DNA of 60,761 nucleotides, counting the filler, from Squatina squatina (taxonomy: Eukaryota): the NCBI GenBank assembly GCA_031763465.1. It is 3 parts of 3 records of this genome, joined end to end, with 100 filler letters (N's around TTAATTAATTAA, not from the genome) between each part and the next. Parts side by side here need not be neighbours in the genome. Positions count along the whole stretch, not along the records: positions 1 to 13,590 come from JARFOE010000194.1; positions 13,691 to 29,683 come from JARFOE010000016.1; 1 more part is not named here. One strand, given 5' to 3'. The position numbers and the translations under genes are program-made. Within the stretch, counting starts at the first letter, position 1, and each line of letters opens with the position of its first letter. The notes under the pieces are model-generated. The model ran no database searches. It saw nothing but the letters and a program-made list of their open reading frames with translations, and was not told the DNA's origin. Shown piece by piece: positions 12,226-23,897 of the stretch.

Positions 12226-13377
12226 TCTGCAACACTATGCACAAGCTCACTGGGAGGCTGTCCAGTCAACCGAGCATTTCCTGGTGTATGCCCCTCAGTC
12301 TTCTTTGGTAGGATGTATCCTCTACAGCAGAGCTAGTATGTGATCTGGGCCTCCAGCGGGCTCACAACTATGGTGTCCTATTCCTCTGTCCTAGCTCCTG
12401 CACGCTTGTGCCCGGTGATTCAGCATGTCAGGACACCTGCTCTAACCTTGCCTCTAAATTATGCGTGGTGTCAATATTTGAGCTGGTGCTTGCAACGGTG
12501 AGATCGAGTGACAATGTATCTTCTGGATGGCTTGCCTCCTCTTCTTGTACAGGGGCTTCCACATCGTCCACCCCTGAAATGAAAGAGAGGGACAAGAGGT
12601 AGCCTGTAGTTTGAAGGGAGAGCAGGGAGAGAAGTGTTTGCTGAAAGCATCTGCAGTTTGTTATGCAGAGTGTGTAGGGTGAGATAGAAATAAGAAGAGA
12701 AAAAGAAAATAAGGTGTGAAGAAATCCTGGACGAAGTCTCCTCCAATGTTGCCAGTTGCCATGGTTACATGATGGCCAGCACATTATCTTCAAGGCTGGG
12801 AGGGGGTGTGTAGACAAGCTCTTCTTGCCCCATCTGGCAGCTTCCTGGCTGAGGTTTTGGGTGACCTTCACCTGAAACAAAGAGACTGTGATAGTGAGAG
12901 TCTTATGAGATTTTTAGAGAATGTGCCTATCATGGTAGAATAGTTAGTGTGCAGTGCGTCAGATGTGAGGTGTGGGGAAATGAGCGTAACAAATAGTAGT
13001 GAATGTGACTGTAAGGAAAGGGGATGTAGTGATTGTAGCAGTGTGAAACGTAGTGTAGGAGGGGAGTATTGTGAGTTTTATGAGTATTTTGAGTCGTATG
13101 GTTATAGGTGGTAGATGTGTGAGCAGAGAGTAAGATTCTTACCTTGATACCTCCAGTGAGATCACTGAACTTTTTACAGCATTGCGCCATCTCCTGGTCC
13201 TAAACACTTGGCATTGGCATGGTCTGCAACCTCTTCCCACTGTCACTGGTGTTGATGCTTCTGGGTTTCTTGCCCATTGTGGGGCAGGAGATATCCCTCC
13301 CCCTGTCCACTGCCGACATCAGTGACCAACACAGCATCAACAAACTTGGGTTCCCTGCCTGGTCCTCTTGCAGCCAT
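12222..13377 (-). pseudogene. Degenerate Harbinger ORF2 gene (Myb/SANT-like DNA-binding protein, NAIF1/MSANTD-like), 3 exons, copy A
   Basis: Exon1 13377-13143 with frameshifts: MAARGPGREPKFVDAVL..AVDRGRDI..QWEEVADHANAK..AQCCKKFSDLTGGIK|gtaag. Exon2 from 12871 (VKVTQN...). Exon3 from 12573 (GVDDVEAP..SLDLTVASTSS..). Homologous to the copy at 20936-21717. Confidence 0.75.
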
Positions 13378-13634
13378 CTTCTGGAACTGTGCAGTCTCCC
13401 CATTGTGTGCAGCCATAGTTCACCTTGCCTTCAAGAGGTGCTGGCTGCCTTTAACTAGCGCCAGAATTGTCCAATATCTGGCTCCTCCCCCTGAGAAGCA
13501 TGCAGCCAATGAGTAGCGCGGGTAGCGCTGGCTGCACACCCGTGTGATTAAAATTAGCAGGCAGCACAAATATTACATGCTGCCTGAGAANNNNNNNNNN
13601 NNNNNNNNNNNNNNNNNNNNNNNNNNNNNNNNNN

Positions 13635-13646
13635 TTAATTAATTAA
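13635..13646. other. Synthetic scaffold linker TTAATTAATTAA within 44N+12+44N gap
   Basis: Stop codons in all six frames, centred exactly in a 100-bp spacer; identical structure at 29728. Confidence 0.95.
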
Positions 13647-14309
13647 NNNNNNNNNNNNNNNNNNNNNNNNNNNNNNNNNNNNNNNNNNNNTGAAGTTATG
13701 AAAGGTCTTTGTGAACAATGTTATGTTTAACGCTACCTAATTACCTCTTGCTTCAGGTCTCTTTTGAATTGTGGAAGAATGAATGAGATTTTGAAAATTA
13801 GGGAAATCCCTCCTGCCCCCACCCTCCAATTTAACTCCGTAATAGCAATCTGTTTAACATGAGTGACCGTAAAACTATCTGGCACGTAGTTTAATTCCAG
13901 AGGTCAAAGTAAGAACTGGATCATGAAAAGCGAAGGAATAAAAGGTTATGGAAGTGTCTTTTTCCCAAAGTAAAAGAATTAAGAAACTGGATGAAGTAAA
14001 TGAGGGTAGAGATAAAGAACAAAATTAAGTGCGGTAGAACTCCTCCTTAGCTAGCCATATTTATTGAGGCCAGTCTATTTATGAATATTAATGAAATAAA
14101 ATGTAATACTGACTCTTACAGTGCTAAATTATTGGTCATTGAAATTTGGAAAGGAAGTGTGTGAATTGAAAGTTTGGTTGCAGCTAATGTGGGAAATTTG
14201 CTGTTGCTGCCATTGAATGTGTGTTTCATGGAGAGGATCAAGGCAAAAACACTTTGATTTACATAAGGAATTAACAGGATCAGGACTAAAATGTTGTGAT
14301 ATTCAACAG

Positions 14310-14396
14310 GGAGCAGGCCTTGAAATTTACCCTAGCAGCACGTGTGAGCTATTTGGCAATGATATACATCACTGCAAGGAAGGAATACTCATTAAG
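14310..14396 (+). CDS. SHCBP1: SHCBP1-family (SHC SH2-binding protein 1) internal exon, beta-helix/PbH1 region
   Basis: caacag|GGA...AAG|gtaagc, 87 nt: GAGLEIYPSSTCELFGNDIHHCKEGILIK vs recalled human SHCBP1 GAGIEIYPGSQCTLSDNGIHHCKEGILIK; orthologue vs paralogue uncertain. Confidence 0.85.
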
Positions 14397-14427
14397 GTAA
14401 GCCCAATGGTACACAGGAATGTAAATA

Positions 14428-14635
14428 ATACAGCAACAGTAGTCACTTGTATTTATATAGTGCCTTAAATTTTAAAAAAACATCATGATGCACTTTACAG
14501 AAAGAAATAGACGAGGAAACAAAAGCCAAGCCAGCAAAAAAGGGTGACCAAAAGCTTAGTCAAAAAGATAGGCTTGGAGTACATTATTAAAAGTGGAGAG
14601 GTAGGCAGAAGGATTGTAGGGAGGCAGTTTTAGGG
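14428..14635 (-). mobile_element. L2-clade LINE 3' fragment in the SHCBP1-like intron
   Basis: Minus strand reads ..YLSTFNNVLQAYLFD*AFGH, then tail GGCACTATATAAATACAAGT; homologous to 57800-57957. Confidence 0.65.
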
Positions 14636-15392
14636 TTGAATGCGTGCACAGAGAGGTTTGGCAATCAAACAGTGGGGAATAGACATAGCTCCATATAAGG
14701 GGGGGACACTGTTGAAATGATGTAGAGTAATTATAGCGAGACATTAGTATTACATCCAAATTATGCTATAGTTAACCCAGGATGGGTCAGTACTATATTT
14801 AGATTATATAGTTGGATTTAAAAAAAAATCTTTGGCATATCTCAGTTCATGCTTTCAAGCCATGTGGTTAGATGTTCAAATAATTTGTTACTGGTGAAAT
14901 GTTTACATTTTTGCTAAATGGGAGTTAAATATTCTTGGGTAAATTTTCAACTTGCCACTTGGGCATAAAACTTTCTTTATGGATTGGCAGCCTGTTATAG
15001 AGAGAATTTTCATATCCATTCATTTCAATCAGGTGGTTTCTATAATAAGTGGCTGGCTGATCCCCAATGGCTGTTTTACACCCTGGTGGCAAGTTGAAAA
15101 TCTATCCCTGTTTTTGGAAATGCCCTTCAAATATTGAACCTGCTGCTGAAGGGATTTCATTTACTCATCTTTATGAAAACTAGTAACCTCCCCAGGACCC
15201 TAAGACAGAGATCACCTCAAATGTGGGTGGAGGAGGGAGAGCAGTAAATAGATGCGCACATACCCATACTATGCTTGATAATATTTTAGCACGTGTAAGA
15301 AAGTGTCCTAAAACCAGGTGTAACCTATATATGTGTAAGGATACCGTTCACAAGAATACAAAGGTAACTCATTTGTACTTGACGTGTTGCAG

Positions 15393-15543
15393 AATTTCAT
15401 GGAACAACTGTATGATATGCCAAAAATAACCATGATGAACAATCTGATTCATAACCATGAAAACTACGGTATCACAATGACCAAATTTATAATACACTTC
15501 ACAAAAAAGAAACCTCCTTTTGCAATTATAATGCAACCCACAA
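15393..15543 (+). CDS. SHCBP1: SHCBP1-family next internal exon
   Basis: gtgttgcag|AAT...ACA A|gtaagt, 151 nt, in frame with the previous exon: NFMEQLYDMPKITMMNNLIHNHENYGITMTK... vs recalled human DFLDEHYDIPKISMVNNIIHNNEGYGVVLVK. Confidence 0.8.
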
Positions 15544-15619
15544 GTAAGTGGAAAAGAATTCTTGTAAATTGCTTTATTTTTGTTAAGTTTGTTACTTATG
15601 TGATCTGAATCAGGAAGAA

Positions 15620-15745
15620 AAGAATAGTAGGATTTGTTGATGGGGTTAGATGAAGAGGGAGGTGGCTCGTGTGGAGCATAAACACCAGTATAGACCTGAT
15701 GGGCTGAAAGGGCTGTTCTGTGCTGTTAATACTATGTAATATGTA
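15620..15745 (+). mobile_element. CR1-clade LINE 3' tail
   Basis: GGCTCGTGTGGAGCATAAACACCAG..GGGCTGAA.GG.CTGTTCTGTGCTG tail. Confidence 0.7.
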
Positions 15746-15868
15746 AATCATAATAAATCTACAATGAATAATTTTTGAACATATTGAAGGGGCTGGCTGT
15801 GCAATATTTATATATTTTAGTGTAAAATGCATTTCATACACAGGAACTGTTGGAGACTTTCCCTTCAT

Positions 15869-16095
15869 CATATGGTCAGGAGAAGGGACTGTTGGTTCCA
15901 GTGTTCAGCTCCATTCACAACTCTTGAAACAACCTCCTGCCTACACACAGCAGTACTTGGATAACATCCAGGTGTGGGCTGACAAATGGCAGGTAACATT
16001 CACACCACATAAGTGTCAGGTAATGACTATCTTGAACAAGAGAGAGCCCAGTCACCTTCACATGACCTTCAGTGGTACCACCTTTACTGAGACCC
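15869..16095 (+). mobile_element. CR1-like LINE reverse transcriptase fragment
   Basis: QQYLDNIQVWADKWQVTFTPHKCQVMTILNKR, a typical post-YADD RT motif (LD.I..WA..WQ..F...KC..M). Confidence 0.8.
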
Positions 16096-17015
16096 CCACC
16101 CCCCCACCCCCTCACCCCCTCACCCCCTCCATNNNNNNNNNNNNNNNNNNNNNNNNNNNNNNNNNNNNNNNNNNNNNNNNNNNNNNNNNNNNNNNNNNNN
16201 NNNNNNNNNNNNNNNNNNNNNNNNNNNNNNNNGTTTTTAAATGAAAACTCGCTGGACTAAATGAAGTTACAGGGCATCTCATCAGTTGTTGGAAATACCA
16301 AATTAATGGCACTTGTCTGTCATTATGGATCATAGAAAGGTGCAGAAATACTCTGTCTAGAAATCAATGATACTTGGTCTAAAATAGCAGTGCCAAGAAT
16401 CTAACTTCACAGAGTGAAAAGATCACGCATTCTGTAAGTGAACCAATAAAAGATTTTGGTTCTGCTTTTAATCGATATGCTGAGCTCATTACTAGACTTT
16501 ATAATGCATGAGCAAGTTGTTAGATTTGACATTTTGATCTAGTAAGATTAACATAAGTGTCAAAACAAAGATAATAAGCTGTTGTGATCCCATGAAACAC
16601 ATTTCTTAAAAATATAACTGTCAAAGGTGCAGAATTTTGTCATTCATGAACGTTTCCTGCGTGACAGGCCACACAAATGAGGACAAACTGCCTGAGTTTG
16701 TGTAAAGCTAAGCTGCAGCCTGCCTGCTCGAATGCTTAAAAATTGAAACCAGCTGTAATGAAAACAAGGCCCGTTCAGGTGAATCCAATCATCGCAGGGT
16801 ATTATAAGCTTTGTTGATTTTCAGAAAGTCTTGTTTTTTCAGTTTAATGATATTAAATATTCTTTTACAGGTTGGCAAATTATTGCATATATAATTGCTT
16901 GAGATGAATCATCAANNNNNNNNNNNNNNNNNNNNNNNNNNNNNNNNNNNNNNNNNNNNNNNNNNNNNNNNNNNNNNNNNNNNNNNNNNNNNNNNNNNNN
17001 NNNNNNNNNNNNNNN

Positions 17016-17612
17016 CTGCACTGAAAGCCAGCAGCTTCCCACCAGCTATGCTGCAGCCATTGGGACAGCACTCATTGGAGCAAAAGGCACAAGAAAGACA
17101 GGCACTAAGGGAATGCACAAGGGTGATTAGTTTATGTTTATATGCAATATGGCATGGTTTGATTTATAAATATGGCTTGGAATGTTTATTTTGTGTTGGC
17201 TTTTATTTTTGCTATGTGGCGGCTATGTGGCCAAGCAGACGCTGTTATGGTCAGTGTCAGCGGGAAGGTAAGGCATGGGACTGTTGGTGAATGGGGAACT
17301 GGGGTTCTGGGGTTGTGTATACTGGTATCGCAGTCGGAGAGTTGTTCACGGACAGCCCAGCCAGAAAGGAGCTGTCCAGGTTACTACCTCTCCTCCTCTT
17401 CCTCTTCCTCCTCCTCCTGCTCCTCAGCTGCTCGCCAGCAGCTGGTGGCAAGAGCTGTGCCCTCGTGATGGTGAGGTTGTGCAGCAGGCAGCAGATCACC
17501 ATGAATCTTGACACGTGCTCTGCCGAGTACTCTAGGGGTCCTCCAGAGCGGTCCAGGCAGTGGAAGCGCTGTTTCAGCATGCCAATGGTCTGCTCCATCA
17601 CATTTCGTGTGG
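17016..17612 (-). mobile_element. PIF/Harbinger transposase (HARBI1-like, DDE_Tnp_4) C-terminal fragment with 3' region
   Basis: TRNVMEQTIGMLKQRFHCLDRSGGPLEYSAEHVSRFMVICCLLHNL matches the Harbinger motif R..IE..FG.LK.RF.CL...CC.LHN containing the catalytic Glu; followed by a purine-rich poly-Glu-type tract; minus-strand AATAAA at 17185-17190. Confidence 0.9.
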
Positions 17613-17712
17613 NNNNNNNNNNNNNNNNNNNNNNNNNNNNNNNNNNNNNNNNNNNNNNNNNNNNNNNNNNNNNNNNNNNNNNNNNNNNNNNNNNNNNNNN
17701 NNNNNNNNNNNN

Positions 17713-17786
17713 GAATGGCGGTGCAGGCTCGAAGGGCCGAATGGCCTACTCCTGCACCTATTTTTCTATGTTTCTATGTTTCTATG
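17713..17786 (+). mobile_element. CR1-clade LINE (HER1/HE1-like) 3' tail
   Basis: GAATGGCGGTGCAGGCTCGAAGGGCCGAATGGCCTACTCCTGC + (TTTCTATG)3. Confidence 0.85.
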
Positions 17787-18494
17787 TAATCTTCACCAAA
17801 CCAACTCCAAAGTCAGTGAAATTCATTGGTTCACATGCACAGGAATGTTACTTTGAATTATGAAATCAATTTATTTCTGTTATCTAGGAAATATTCCTTT
17901 TCTTCTATCTTAATGAACTAATACTACAGTCCATTTAAGTTGTGTGGAAATTTTAAATTACAATAATGTGTTTCTGGCAATCTGGTGTTTTTTTATCTAT
18001 TAGTATTAAAATTGTTATGAAATTGGCTCAGTGACACGAGGCAGCTTTAAATCTCACCATTGATCTAATTTACTGAAAATAAATTTTGCAGAATTGAGAT
18101 TGATTTTCCGTTTGAGCTCAAATGATTAATGCACGACACAGAACAGTAACTATAAAACTAATCTTCACGATAAAAGTTGTAAAACAATTCAATTTTTTCA
18201 GCTCTGTTGACTTGGCCTTAACAAAGAACATAAGGTAGCACCCATGCATGCAACATTGTCAGCAACCACTGCACATAATGTACTTCTATTCTGTTCAAAG
18301 ACACTTGGTTCACACATTGTGCAAAATGTCATTTATAAGCTGCTCGCTATTCATCTTTTCAGACAATTTTACACCAATGGGACCAAACACCTGGGATCTG
18401 AGAAACGCTATTCTTTAATTCTTTTTAAATGTAATAATCAGCGGAATTCAGTAAAATTGGATGGTGCTATCTGCCCTCTGAATAAAAAGATTCA

Positions 18495-18985
18495 GGGCTA
18501 GAAACTGCAATTTTTTTTATTGCCCCGTTAGTGCCCCCGAGCAGTGCTAATAGGATGATAAATGTATTTTGGCCATGCAGGGTGGTGAGCTCGCATCCCG
18601 GAAAATTGCCCAGGAAATCGCGGAAGCGCAAGGCCCTTTGCACCATGCCCCGTGTCAGCGCGCTACGCCTCAACGTGCGCACCGATTGCTCAGCGCCCCG
18701 CGGCGACCCTTTGCACCTCACGGGGGAAATTGCCCCTCAGGAGGTGAGGCCTGTTGCCAGCGATGGCACTGACAGCTTTGCAGGGTGCGAAGTTGCCGAT
18801 GCCGCGGAGTTTAAAGGGGAGGGCTTTCGTGCCGCCGGCCGCCATCTTTTTCTGTCGGGTGGCTCTTGGGTCGGCCGACTGATGGCAGCTGCCGCCTCAA
18901 CCAGGCTGCTATCTGTTAGCCCAGCACTCCATCTAGCGTGCCAGGCTGGTGGTCCAGTCAAAGGCGTCCCTGCTGGCCCTGTGGT
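18495..18985. mobile_element. GC-rich DNA transposon end (GGGCTAGAAA terminus) with a probable second element nested at 18722
   Basis: Terminus and CC.GTTAGTGCC.CCGAG shared with 32915-32964; GGGGGAAATTGCCCC at 18722 matches the terminus at 4472. Confidence 0.55.
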
Positions 18986-19099
18986 NNNNNNNNNNNNNNN
19001 NNNNNNNNNNNNNNNNNNNNNNNNNNNNNNNNNNNNNNNNNNNNNNNNNNNNNNNNNNNNNNNNNNNNNNNNNNNNNNNNNNNNNTGTAGCCTTGGTGT

Positions 19100-19235
19100 T
19101 GCAAAAAGCAAAAAACTGAAGATGCTGGAAATCTGAACCAAAAAACAGAAAATGCTGGAAACGCACAGGAGATTAGGCAGCATCTGTGGAGAGAAGGTTT
19201 GTCAAAGAATTCACACCTGTAAGATCAACTCCTTG
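19100..19235. mobile_element. Penelope-like element terminal-repeat fragment
   Basis: GATGCTGGAAATCTGAA..AAAACAGAAAATGCTGGAAA..GGCAGCATCTGTGGAGAGA, recalled as a common elasmobranch PLE-derived repeat. Confidence 0.5.
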
Positions 19236-20581
19236 GTATTTAGGGGACAGGAAGTAAAGAATACAAATCTTTACTGGAGACCTTGTACCATTCTGTGCTC
19301 ATTGACATTCTGATAATTAGATGTGGAATTAAAATCTACAAATACTTGTTCACTGCCCAAAAAAAGTTTCCTAATGAGTGCCTTTTGATTCCTTTATTCC
19401 CAACTGTATGTGAGAGTAAAAGGTGATTATAATGGAACGAATACCAGGAGAGCTGTACAAGTCCATTTAAAAGGATTGTGAATCTATCAGCAGTGTAATA
19501 GCATTGGTATGTATGTAAAGTTGGCACTTGTAAAGTTGCAGTTTGATAATTACTGAGAGGTGTTATTGGTGATTTCTTGATCAACCTTTTTATAATTGGA
19601 ATGATTCAATATGTTCAGAGCATAAGATCATAAATTGCTTTTCAAGGAAACTTCGGCCACTAAAGTTATAGTTGCAAGAAAATTAACTGCCTGGAACTTT
19701 CGATGTTCTCGGATTTGTACTGAAAACTCCATGGGTGTGGATACGTTTCACCAACAAACATCTGCCAATATAAACCTACAAAATGGCAATGAGCTAATAA
19801 AAACATCAATCAAGGGCCTGGGTGAAGAGCTTACACAGATATTTTGAAACTTCAAGTTAATTCACATGAGACCATAGCCCAGCGGGTGGCTATTCTTCCT
19901 ATTTGAAATCAGTGAGCTCAGAACTGGGAAAGTAGTCATTTGAAGCGTAGCAAGAAATGAGAGGTGATAAATAAAACAGTAGCTGATCGCAGTATAACAA
20001 CCAACTGTTGAAAAGAAATTATGGACAGTGTTAGCAAAAGCAAATGCAGGCCATCAATTAAAACCTCAGTTATGAAAAGTAAATGAAAAGTGAAAAGAGC
20101 TGAATGAGAAAATTAAATTAATCAAATGACACATCCTGCAATTTCCAGGAAAAAATGATTACCTGTTCAAATGTTTAAATTTCCAGAGCACTAAACTGCA
20201 AAGTTTTCCTATAAATTGCTTTCTGCCCAGAAGGAGATAATGTCAGTCAAGATGCATAGTTGCTGGTCATGTGATCTCACTTGCCAAGTTCAGCAATGTT
20301 CTTTAACAATGGACATTGGAAGACTGTGTGCACACTATTTAATAGAAAAAAACAAGTGCTTTTAGGTTTTGATTAACTTTTGCTATAATTACAGTTTAAT
20401 TGAAGAAAGTGGTAATTGATTGCAGTTTTGCTAAAGACAAACTGGTTTCTGCAATTGAATATGCTCAGAGCAGTTGGACTGTACTGAAATGTATTTGAAT
20501 CATTCCTGTCTGCAGACTTCCAATTACTGGTCTTGGCGGGGAATTTACTTAGGGCATAAAATTGATTCTATAAAACTATAT

Positions 20582-20835
20582 TGGCCCTGAAATTGCAATT
20601 GGAGGCTTCATTCAAAAAAAGTAACGTACTTACCTCAGGGTCCTGCATCCACGCGAGTTTATGATATTCAGCCCCCTCGAGTTGGAGATTCGGAGCGGGG
20701 CTCTCTCGGTTCCGGGACAAGTCGAGCGAAGAGGCTGGAGAGGTCACATGGGAGGCCTCAGCCAATCAGGTAGGTGTATCTTTCATTGAACTTTTGACAG
20801 TTCTCAGCGATCTGTCAAGAACTGTCAAAACTTCA
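20582..20835. mobile_element. TIR element end (TGGCCCTGAAATTGCAATTGGA) with internal 18-bp hairpin
   Basis: Terminus matches the reverse complement of 48764-48787; hairpin at 20787-20835. Confidence 0.55.
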
Positions 20836-20935
20836 NNNNNNNNNNNNNNNNNNNNNNNNNNNNNNNNNNNNNNNNNNNNNNNNNNNNNNNNNNNNNNNNN
20901 NNNNNNNNNNNNNNNNNNNNNNNNNNNNNNNNNNN

Positions 20936-21717
20936 CAGATGCTGCATCATGGTTGGTTCTACAAGTGTGTTGACGGAGTAGGTCACCAGTTCCACACTGG
21001 AAAGGATGTCCTCCAAGCTCTCCGCAAAGCTCTGTGCCAAGTTGGTGCCGGACTCCTCTACGCTCCTTGCCATTGACCGCAGGCTTTCTGCCAGGCTTTT
21101 CAATGCAATAAGCATTTTATTTTTTACACCCATCAGCCATTTTCTGTAGCCTGACCCATAAAAATCATCATCTGAGCCTTCTGCAGCAGAACTCGTGAGC
21201 AACTGCGCCCTCCAGCAAGCTGGCACCTGTGCTATCCTTGCCTCCTGGCTGCAGCGCACTTGTGCCCGGTGTCTCATCACGTGCAAATCATGCCTCTATG
21301 CTATGCTTTTAAGATCCGTGCAGTGTCGGTATCTGAGCTGGTCGCTGCGAGCATGAAATCAAGTGACCATCACTGTCTTCTTGGTCTTCCATCACTGCCT
21401 GGGCAGGTTGCAGTTATTGGGTATCTGAAAGGAGAAAGGCACAAGGGTAAGATCGTGAGGGGAGAGGAGAAAGTAAGAAGTGCATGATTACACCCTCTGC
21501 AGTGTGTAAATCAAAAAAGAGTGTGGGATAAGGGAGAAATGGGATGTGAGAAGGAGGTTAACATATGAGGATACCGTCATCTTCAATGGCTTCAGCTCTG
21601 CCTGTGGCCATAGCGTCAGCAATGGACCTTCCCATAATGGCCAGCATTGTCTCCTCCATGGGAATTAGGACATGCTCCCGTTAGTTCATACTGGGTCTGG
21701 TTGTGTGCCACCTTCTC
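20936..21717 (-). pseudogene. Degenerate Harbinger ORF2 (Myb/SANT-like) gene, exons 2-3, copy B
   Basis: Exon 21717-21575 (cttgcag|EKVAHNQ..MEETMLAIMGRSIADAMATGRAEAIEDD|gtat) and exon from 21424 (SLDFMLAATSSDTDT..ETPGTS..YRKWLMGVKNKMLIALKSLAESL); aligns with copy A. Confidence 0.7.
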
Positions 21718-23717
21718 CTGCAAGAGAGAGGGAGGTTTGTCAGTGAGTGTTGTGCAAACTGTTTGGGTGATATGGCTGTCATGGTTGAATAGCTGGNNNN
21801 NNNNNNNNNNNNNNNNNNNNNNNNNNNNNNNNNNNNNNNNNNNNNNNNNNNNNNNNNNNNNNNNNNNNNNNNNNNNNNNNNNNNNNNNNNNNNNNNTGGA
21901 GGTCAGGGAACAGGATGTCCACCTGCTGCCTTGTGAGGAAATGCAGCACAGCTTTGGGTATTGAATAAGTTGGAGAAAAGAGAAACCCTTGGTTTTAGTG
22001 GAAGTGATGACGAGCTCCATTTCTGTCATTCTTCCGTACTTCTCATTAAATTAGATGCACACATCACAAATCAGTGCATGAAGCTATGACAATTCATATT
22101 TTAAAAAAAACAGCTGTGAAAGACGCACTTGCACAAGATTATTCTGCAGACTTTTCAAAATGTACCCATGCTCTTTAGATNNNNNNNNNNGTTTTATAGT
22201 TTAAAACTGTTCATTTAAATTTAGTGAGCACACTTGTCAAAAAGCAGCTTCTGATTTCTAGATATTTTCAGTTGAAAATGAGCACTTGTAGGTTACCAAA
22301 AATCTAAAACTAGAGCAGTCATTAGTTACAGTGATTGCAAGGAGCACTTGACTGAAACAATTGATTGCCATGATTGACTGAGTTTGTGCTTATAAATAGT
22401 TTTGATGCATATCAGTGACGCTTTTAAATGAAACTAACTTGAAATCACCAGTCTATTAAAACACAATTGTTTTGAAGGATGAATGTGCTCACTCACTTTG
22501 TCAGAAATTTGAGATATTTTAGAGCTGTAAAGTAACAATTATGCATGATCCAGTCAGCGTGAAGCATTCAGAACAAAACTCTGCATTAGTTACATTTCTG
22601 ATGAGTCTAAAATAGTTTTGTGACCAGTAGCATTTTATGGTAATCAATTTACTTAGCTTTTTCTTTATGAATNNNNNNNNNNNNNNNNNNNNNNNNNNNN
22701 NNNNNNNNNNNNNNNNNNNNNNNNNNNNNNNNNNNNNNNNNNNNNNNNNNNNNNNNNNNNNNNNNNNNNNNNAATTTTGATTAAAAAAAAAGTTCCGAAT
22801 TGAGTATTTAGATAAATTACCTGGCACGCTTGCTTCTGTCTTAGCTGTGACCATAATTTAGTGGGGAGATTCTGGGTGTAATAGTAAACTGTTATAATTG
22901 AAGTTGACAGAGTGTGAAAGTCTTTCAGTGAATGGCACTGGATTAAATGGTATGCAGTTTTTTTCTTCCCTTGAGCTTGACATAAATATAACATCCTCAG
23001 GATCAATAAAGTTCTAGCTGATTAATTGTTTAAATATATTTCATAGCTTTATAGCTAATTTTGTATTTCAGTTAGAACTCAATTTGCTAAAGCATGACCG
23101 GAAAAAAAATTGGATGGACAGGGGCAAATCACTGATTCTTTATTCATTGCCACGAACAATGTATGTGAAATGTGAAGAAACAGTGAACTTTATGATGGAG
23201 ATTCAACTGCACAGTCAGTTTACCAGCAGCTCAGCAGAACAATGGATAATAATCAACATGAAAAATAGTTGCTCGCTAGCAAGTAACCTGCCAGTAATTT
23301 GGATGAATTATTATGTTGTAAGGCATAACATTTATTTGAGTGAGTAGAGTGGATACCAAACCTAGCAACAGTTTTCAAATAATCTGTCTGAATCTTTGGC
23401 AGTAAAATAAAACTTCCTCATTTATCACATGCATCCGTTGCTAAATATTGGATCCATTTTCCTATCTTGTGGTAATGGCACATCACTTTATCCATTGCTC
23501 TAAAGACAGGATTCACTTAAAATGTGATTTAGATAACTGTCAGTTCAAAACTGATTAAACTGACTGGATGATAAAGGAAGGTCTGTTATCCAGCACATAT
23601 TTCCANNNNNNNNNNNNNNNNNNNNNNNNNNNNNNNNNNNNNNNNNNNNNNNNNNNNNNNNNNNNNNNNNNNNNNNNNNNNNNNNNNNNNNNNNNNNNNN
23701 NNNNNATTGCTAAAATA

Positions 23718-23897
23718 TATCATCTGATCATCATCACATTGCTGTTTGTGGGAGCTTGCTGTGTGCAAATTGGTTGTTGTGTTTCCTACATTAGAACAGT
23801 TACTACACTTCAACTGCACTTCATTGGATGTAAAATGCTTTGAGACTTCCTGAGGCTGCCAAAGGCATTATATAAATTCAAGTCTTTCCTTTCTTTC
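23718..23897 (+). mobile_element. DeuSINE (SacSINE1-like) 3' part
   Basis: TCACATTGCTGTTTGTGGGAGCTTGCTGTGTGCAAATTGG...AAAGGC..TATATAAAT.CAAGTCTTTC. Confidence 0.85.

Noticed and set aside
16233-16335. Possible SHCBP1 terminal exon (SVVGN)
   Set aside because: Similarity limited to a few residues and lies across a gap
19100-19235. Hammerhead ribozyme in a Penelope-like repeat
   Set aside because: Required CTGANGA and GAAA core motifs are not intact here
19691-19775. Minus-strand candidate exon with good acceptor (VYIGRCLLVK… / LYWQMFVGE…)
   Set aside because: No canonical GT donor and no recognisable protein
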